NCBI GenBank assembly: GCA_963716255.1
Contig: OY970303.1
Span: 3,488,001-3,552,000, forward strand
Source: an uncultured Gemmatimonadales bacterium
Lineage (GTDB): Bacteria; Gemmatimonadota; Gemmatimonadetes; Longimicrobiales; Longimicrobiaceae
DNA: 64,000 nucleotides
Reading direction: 5' to 3'
A program made the position numbers and the translations under genes. Of this stretch, positions 59,132 through 64,000 are shown piece by piece; position 1 is the stretch's first letter; every line of letters begins with the position of its first letter. A model generated the notes under the pieces. It searched no databases, was not told the DNA's origin, and was given only the letters and a program-made list of their open reading frames with translations.

Positions 59132-60184
59132 TCAGTTGGGGGGCGGGGGCGCCGGGGCTTCGATCCGGCTGACGATGAAGGGCGCGATTCCCACGTCGCA
59201 GCAGAGCTCCGCGTGGGGGCGGGTCTGCCCGGCGAAGGGGACCACGGTGAAGTGGAAGGAGTTGCCGCCCCAGTCCAGCGTCCGCTGGAAGGGGACCAGC
59301 GTGTCGCCCGAGCTCTTCTGCGTCACCAGCCTCACGAACGCGTCTCCGGTGCGCACCAGCGTCTGCCCGGTCGCCTGGTTCGCCCCCAGGATGGTGGTCA
59401 CCGCGATCCCCGGCCCGAAGCCCCGGAACGGGTCCACCAGCATCTGCTGCACGGCGGCGGCCCGGTCCAGCATGTCCTGCGGGACGGGCGGTCCGGCGTC
59501 GGCGGGCCAGCCGCCGGGGCGCAGGAGCTGCTGCGCGGCGGGAAGGGGGTTCCCCCCCGCGTCGGTGACGCACGCCCAGGAGGGGAGCATCTGGTAGATG
59601 GCCGGCCAGGTGCGCGCCATCTGCAGCGCGAGCAGGCGGTCCTTCTGACCCAGGCTGTCGCTGCCGAAGACCAGCGCCGCCGCGGCGGTGGTGGTGCCGG
59701 CGAGCGGCGCGCCCACCAGCACCACGCGCGACACCAGCCGGGCGAATTCGCCGGGGGCGGCCAGCTTGCCGGCGAGCACGGCGAGGAGCGCCCCCTGCGA
59801 GTGCCCGATGAGGCTGGCGCGCGGGCTCCCGCCCCGGCGGCGGGCGCGCAGCTCGTCCAGCAGCCGGCCGGCGTTCCAGCGCAGGTCGGCCCGCCAGTCG
59901 TACGGCCACTCCTCGTAGAACTTGGGGAACAGGTTGTAAGGGCTCTGCACCACGACGCCCGGGGCCAGGCGGGTGCCCGGCAGCAGCGAGGTCGCCGCGG
60001 GGGCGAGCTGGCCGGGCGTGGACCGCATGCTCACCAGCGGCACCCACTGGCTCCTGGGGCGTCCGCCCAGGCTCTTGGGAATCAGGGGGACGCTCACGGC
60101 GACGGCGTTGTAGACGGTGGTGCCGTCCTGGTCGCGGAGGGTGGTGGCCTGCGTTCCGGGGATGATGAGGACCGGGTCGGGCAT
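59132..60184 (-). CDS. Alpha/beta hydrolase (LCAT/PGAP1-like lipase/acyltransferase)
   Basis: AGGAGG RBS; PVLIIPG, PYDWR, GHSQG, GAPLAG, GDTLVP, HAEL. Confidence 0.85.
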   Translation of the reverse strand: MPDPVLIIPGTQATTLRDQDGTTVYNAVAVSVPLIPKSLGGRPRSQWVPLVSMRSTPGQLAPAATSLLPGTRLAPGVVVQSPYNLFPKFYEEWPYDWRADLRWNAGRLLDELRARRRGGSPRASLIGHSQGALLAVLAGKLAAPGEFARLVSRVVLVGAPLAGTTTAAAALVFGSDSLGQKDRLLALQMARTWPAIYQMLPSWACVTDAGGNPLPAAQQLLRPGGWPADAGPPVPQDMLDRAAAVQQMLVDPFRGFGPGIAVTTILGANQATGQTLVRTGDAFVRLVTQKSSGDTLVPFQRTLDWGGNSFHFTVVPFAGQTRPHAELCCDVGIAPFIVSRIEAPAPPPPN

Positions 60185-60413
60185 GTCGCCTCCTGGGCCT
60201 GGGTGGAGGGGATCCCGCGTGCAGATGGAGGGCCGGGTGGGAGGCCGGATTCGTCCCCGAAGTATGCGCGGGGCGGGGCCGTCCCGGAAGGATGTCGGCG
60301 GCGGGCGCGGGGCGGGGGTGCTCGCGGCGGGAGCGCGGGTCCCGGACGCGCGAGGGGGCGCGCACCCCCCGTGGTGCGCGCCCCCCGGCTTCAACCGGTC
60401 CCGGTGTGCCTCG

Positions 60414-61157
60414 CTAGTTGCCCGGGTGCTTCGAGAGCCCGTTGCCGCGGTACGCGGTGGACCCGGTGCCCAGCACCTTGCGCGAGTACCCGTTCTCCGG
60501 GTCGCGTCCGCGGCGCAGGGAGCGGTCCACCGCGTTCTCGCCGCGGTTGTAGGCGAGCAGCGCCAGGCGCACGTTGCCGTCGTAGTAGTCGATCAGGCGC
60601 CGCAGGTAGCGGAAGCCGGTGCGCAGGTTGGCGCGGGGCTCCAGGATGGCCTCGGCGGTGCGCATGCGGCGGTCCAGCGAGCGGGCGGTGCCCGGCATGA
60701 GCTGGGTGAGCCCCAGGGCGCCGGCGTGGCTGCGCGCCCGGGCGTGGAAGCGGCTTTCCACGCGCACCAGGCGGAAGGCGAGGTCGGGGTCGATCCCCTG
60801 TGCGCGGGCCTCCTCGTGGATCATCTCCGCCAGCTCGGGGGAGATGGCATACTGGCGCGAATACACGAAGGACCCGATCTCCAGCTCGCGGAAGCGGCGG
60901 GCTTCCTCGCGGAGTCGGGTCCAGAACTCGCGCCCGAAGGACGCGTGGTCGGCGATGCGCGGCGACGCCGTGGCGGGGGAGGCGGCGCTGTCCGCCTGCT
61001 GCTGCCCCGATGCGGGCGACACCCAGGCGCACAGGGCGAAGACCGCCCATAGTGCGCGGCGCCGTAAGGTGCCGGTGGGTGTCGTGCTGCCGATCTGAAG
61101 AGCTGCTGTGCTCAACGGTTTCCTCCGTTTTATGGTCCGGGGGACCGGTTGAAGCAT
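60414..61157 (-). CDS. Lytic transglycosylase (SLT domain); start uncertain
   Basis: LVRVESRF, GALGLTQLMPGTA, NLRTG, ALLAYNRG. Confidence 0.9.
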   Translation of the reverse strand: MLQPVPRTIKRRKPLSTAALQIGSTTPTGTLRRRALWAVFALCAWVSPASGQQQADSAASPATASPRIADHASFGREFWTRLREEARRFRELEIGSFVYSRQYAISPELAEMIHEEARAQGIDPDLAFRLVRVESRFHARARSHAGALGLTQLMPGTARSLDRRMRTAEAILEPRANLRTGFRYLRRLIDYYDGNVRLALLAYNRGENAVDRSLRRGRDPENGYSRKVLGTGSTAYRGNGLSKHPGN

Positions 61158-61401
61158 CGCAGTTTAGGCCGTTTGCAGATGGAGAGCAAGTCCTAACTTA
61201 CGAATTCCTGCCGGGAGGCGGCGGGAAAGATCCGCTATCTCTTTGCGAGGAAAGTGGATTGCTGTCCATGCGTGCGGCCCGACGTGAGGGGCCGCTCCTG
61301 CTATCAACGAACCTGATGCGGCTGCGTCCCAGCCGCCATCCTTCCCGTAAGTGGATTGCGATTGTGCCCCTGCGGGTGGGGTGGCCTGGTTAGAAGATGA
61401 T

Positions 61402-62538
61402 TCAGCCAGCGTTGCGTGTTCGTCGTAAGACCAAGATGCGGTCTGCGGGAGTTGCGCGACCCTTGCGCTCCTCTCCCCAAATGCGAGTCGTCTTGTCATT
61501 CACATTAAAGCGGTCTTCCTCAATACACTCCAGAGTAAATGGTACCACCCCCTCTAGTTCCTCCCATACCCGGCATGCCAACTCTAAGTGTTGCCCGTTT
61601 TCAACAACATCTCCGATGACGAGAGCAACTGGGGTACCGGCGCATAACACCTGCCCAGCTGACAAAAGGAAGCTTGCTAAGAACGACAAGTATTTATCCA
61701 ATGAATCCGTTGTGTCTAATTGAGTGTCCACACTGAGAGGATCAGCGCCTAAGAACCAGAGGCGAATCCAATTAAATACACCATACCTGAGAACACCAAG
61801 GTATGGGGGGGACGTGACAAGTCCGGCAATGGACGGCAATCCGAGATCTCGAACGAGATGTTCCATCTGCGTTGCGTCACCTTGGACCACCACTGATTGC
61901 GGAGATGCAGGCGCGGTACCTGCACGCAAAAGCCATCGTGACCTTTCTCGTAGCTTAGAAAATACGTCAACTGGACGATAAACAAGACCGTTTTTCGCAA
62001 TAAACTTGCGCACATATTCAGGAGACATGCTGAAAGTGTTAGGCATATCGATGGATAAGTACGCGCTGCTGCCATCTCGGCGCACCTTGCCATGCATAAT
62101 ACCTAATGTAGATCCTCGCAGAAAAACGTCCTCGGGGGAATTGCCAAGTGAATCGCGCAAATGACAAAGCTGTTGCAAGGTTCTTTCGTGGAAAATAAGA
62201 CGCACCTGTTCCGGGATGCGGAACAGATCATACGTAGGTTCAAACTCTCTCGCTATTTCGGTGAGTCGGTACAAAATTTCATCTAGTGTAATCGTTTGCA
62301 CCTTGGCTGAGCTAATGGAGACTGCTAGCGGATTGAGATCAATTCCAAGACTCTTCCTCCCACCAAGTGCAGCTTCAAGTAGTGTAGTTCCAGCCCCGCA
62401 GAACGGATCTACAACGAGTCCATTCCCAGGTATCCATTTCGCAAGAATATCCCGCGGCACATGTGGGGGATAAGAGCCCAAATAGCTACACATACTGTGC
62501 AAGGGATGATTAGCCCTTCTCTTAGCGGTTTGCATCAT
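61402..62538 (-). CDS. DNA amino-methyltransferase (SPPY type, probably N4-cytosine)
   Basis: HSMCSYLGSYPP, DPFCGAGTT (motif I), VTSPPY (motif IV). Confidence 0.88.
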   Translation of the reverse strand: MMQTAKRRANHPLHSMCSYLGSYPPHVPRDILAKWIPGNGLVVDPFCGAGTTLLEAALGGRKSLGIDLNPLAVSISSAKVQTITLDEILYRLTEIAREFEPTYDLFRIPEQVRLIFHERTLQQLCHLRDSLGNSPEDVFLRGSTLGIMHGKVRRDGSSAYLSIDMPNTFSMSPEYVRKFIAKNGLVYRPVDVFSKLRERSRWLLRAGTAPASPQSVVVQGDATQMEHLVRDLGLPSIAGLVTSPPYLGVLRYGVFNWIRLWFLGADPLSVDTQLDTTDSLDKYLSFLASFLLSAGQVLCAGTPVALVIGDVVENGQHLELACRVWEELEGVVPFTLECIEEDRFNVNDKTTRIWGEERKGRATPADRILVLRRTRNAG

Positions 62539-64000
62539 TCTTCTAAGCGGCTTGCAGCGGAGATGCTGTGGACGACGGTCTGTGCTGCGCGATCAAGTTC
62601 CTGACTGACATACTGTTCGAACTCGGCTCCAGAAAGGGAGGAACCGATCTTGTTTGTGCTGCGATACTGCATGAGTGCAAAAAGGGCCACATAAAGGAGG
62701 TAGTTGCCGCTCATACGCGCAACACCTGTTTCCTTATAGCCTCCAGCCTGAAGCAGCCGTCGAATATGACGGTTGTCCATGTTCACGAAGATTTTCGTGT
62801 TTTGCGACTCTTCTCGCACAATTGCAACACTTGCTTCATTCCATCCAAATTCACTCCACTCGTCTTTCAAGACGGGTACGGGTTCCGGGGCTTGAACTTG
62901 GGCCCTCCCGCCCTTCCCAGATGTTGACTCTGTTTCCGGGTCAACGATCCGGAATTTGACACTCGTCTGAAATTGGCTGTCTGTTGGCGTAAACAGGAAG
63001 ATGGTGAGATGCCCCTCCTCGCCAGCATCGGCTCCCTCATTTGGGCGGATGACCACCCGAGATCGCCCGCCACGAAAATCTGATGAACTAGCCATATAGA
63101 CAGCCCGCTCAGGGCTGCTAGCTATTACAAGCCGAGCGTGCGTGTGTCCAGAGATGTATCCGTCCGGTGCGTCACTCTCCAACCGAACCAATGCTGAGCG
63201 ATTTTTCCGAATGGCAATTGGTGTTTGTGTATTCGCAATCCGGAGAAATGTTGGCTCCTCCTTCGTCGGGAGGGGCTCAAGTGGCTCTCGGGAACCACTC
63301 GTTTGGGTGGGGCGTCCACCCTCGCCTGATCCTCGAGCTGGGGCGTTCGCATCTGTCCCAGCGCGAAATTGATCCATCAATCGCGCGAATCTCTCACGCA
63401 GCTTTTCACGTTCAGTATGCGAGTGACGGGAGAGAATAGCTTCGCGCCTTTCCTCATTCAGCCGAATTAGATCGTCATCTTCAGCTAGAGCAGAAGAGAT
63501 ACTCTCACGAAGCTCCTCATAGATATATGACTGCTTCAAGCGGTCACGAGTGGTGGATAGAAGCTCCCGGCGTGCATAGGGCGTAAGGCCGTCTAGCTCA
63601 ACTTGAACGATAAGGAACCTCTCAAGGTATGGTAAAGACAGCCGGTCAGCTATGAAGCGCCGATCTTCGAAGCCGTGGGACTGACCAAAGTACGTGTATG
63701 CTAACGGGCTGAACGGATCGACATAAGCATCAATAGGACGAGAACGTTTGGACGGGTCATCCGCCTGCTTCACAACCCAATAGTAGACCCGAACGCGGCT
63801 CTCTCCATATCGATCCCGAACGATCGCAACAACACTATCGGAGTGCTCAACTTTCTTCCGTTTGTCGTCCTCAAGGCGCGAGTGATTTCCGGCAATTGTT
63901 CGCCGATCTTCTTTGTCATCTCTATGCTCCTCAACCCAGATCGGAAGCACTGGATCAAACAACGCATTTTGCAGAAGCCACCACAGGCTACCTGTGACCT
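62535..64000 (-). CDS. Large hypothetical protein, 5'-truncated by the window edge; translationally coupled to the methyltransferase
   Basis: Frame stays open to 64000 (..VTGSLWWLLQNALFDPVLP..); ATGA overlap with the MTase. Confidence 0.8.
   Translation of the reverse strand, partial: VTGSLWWLLQNALFDPVLPIWVEEHRDDKEDRRTIAGNHSRLEDDKRKKVEHSDSVVAIVRDRYGESRVRVYYWVVKQADDPSKRSRPIDAYVDPFSPLAYTYFGQSHGFEDRRFIADRLSLPYLERFLIVQVELDGLTPYARRELLSTTRDRLKQSYIYEELRESISSALAEDDDLIRLNEERREAILSRHSHTEREKLRERFARLMDQFRAGTDANAPARGSGEGGRPTQTSGSREPLEPLPTKEEPTFLRIANTQTPIAIRKNRSALVRLESDAPDGYISGHTHARLVIASSPERAVYMASSSDFRGGRSRVVIRPNEGADAGEEGHLTIFLFTPTDSQFQTSVKFRIVDPETESTSGKGGRAQVQAPEPVPVLKDEWSEFGWNEASVAIVREESQNTKIFVNMDNRHIRRLLQAGGYKETGVARMSGNYLLYVALFALMQYRSTNKIGSSLSGAEFEQYVSQELDRAAQTVVHSISAASRLEE

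Larger units (their letters stand above)
61170..64000. mobile_element. Left end of a low-GC horizontally acquired island (extends beyond the window)
   Basis: Abrupt drop in GC and change in codon usage after ~61150; no integrase or att site visible. Confidence 0.65.

Noticed and set aside
61160..61400. tRNA or att site at the island boundary
   Set aside because: No tRNA-like fold or direct repeat could be identified within the window

Overview
High-GC bacterial chromosomal segment whose gene content and codon style suggest Gemmatimonadota (Longimicrobium-like); that assignment is an inference. It holds about 55 genes: ahcY with an ArsR-methyltransferase (SahR-type) regulator, ppc, PBP1A, a DAK2-DegV fusion, a MoxR-DUF58-transglutaminase operon, an XPB-DUF790 pair, a partial arsS cluster, many secreted hydrolases and lipoproteins, a frameshifted brnT with intact brnA, and a low-GC DNA-methyltransferase island at the right end. 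No tRNA, rRNA, CRISPR array or transposase was seen. Four things stand out. (1) A low-GC cassette pairs a TPR protein with a small lipoprotein-type precursor carrying two identical GGGGFGSGN cores, resembling a Rap/Phr-style peptide-signalling pair in a diderm. (2) A second TPR locus is co-transcribed with a lipoprotein ending in a similar Gly-rich tail, under a sigma54 promoter with NtrC-type enhancer boxes, next to a pseudo-receiver activator, two S8 proteases and a hybrid kinase. (3) Ten dispersed copies of a ~130-nt multi-stem element show extensive compensatory base changes, and two related triple-hairpin arrays share its loop motif. (4) A 62-aa secreted six-cysteine defensin-like peptide is missing from the ORF track as a separate gene.
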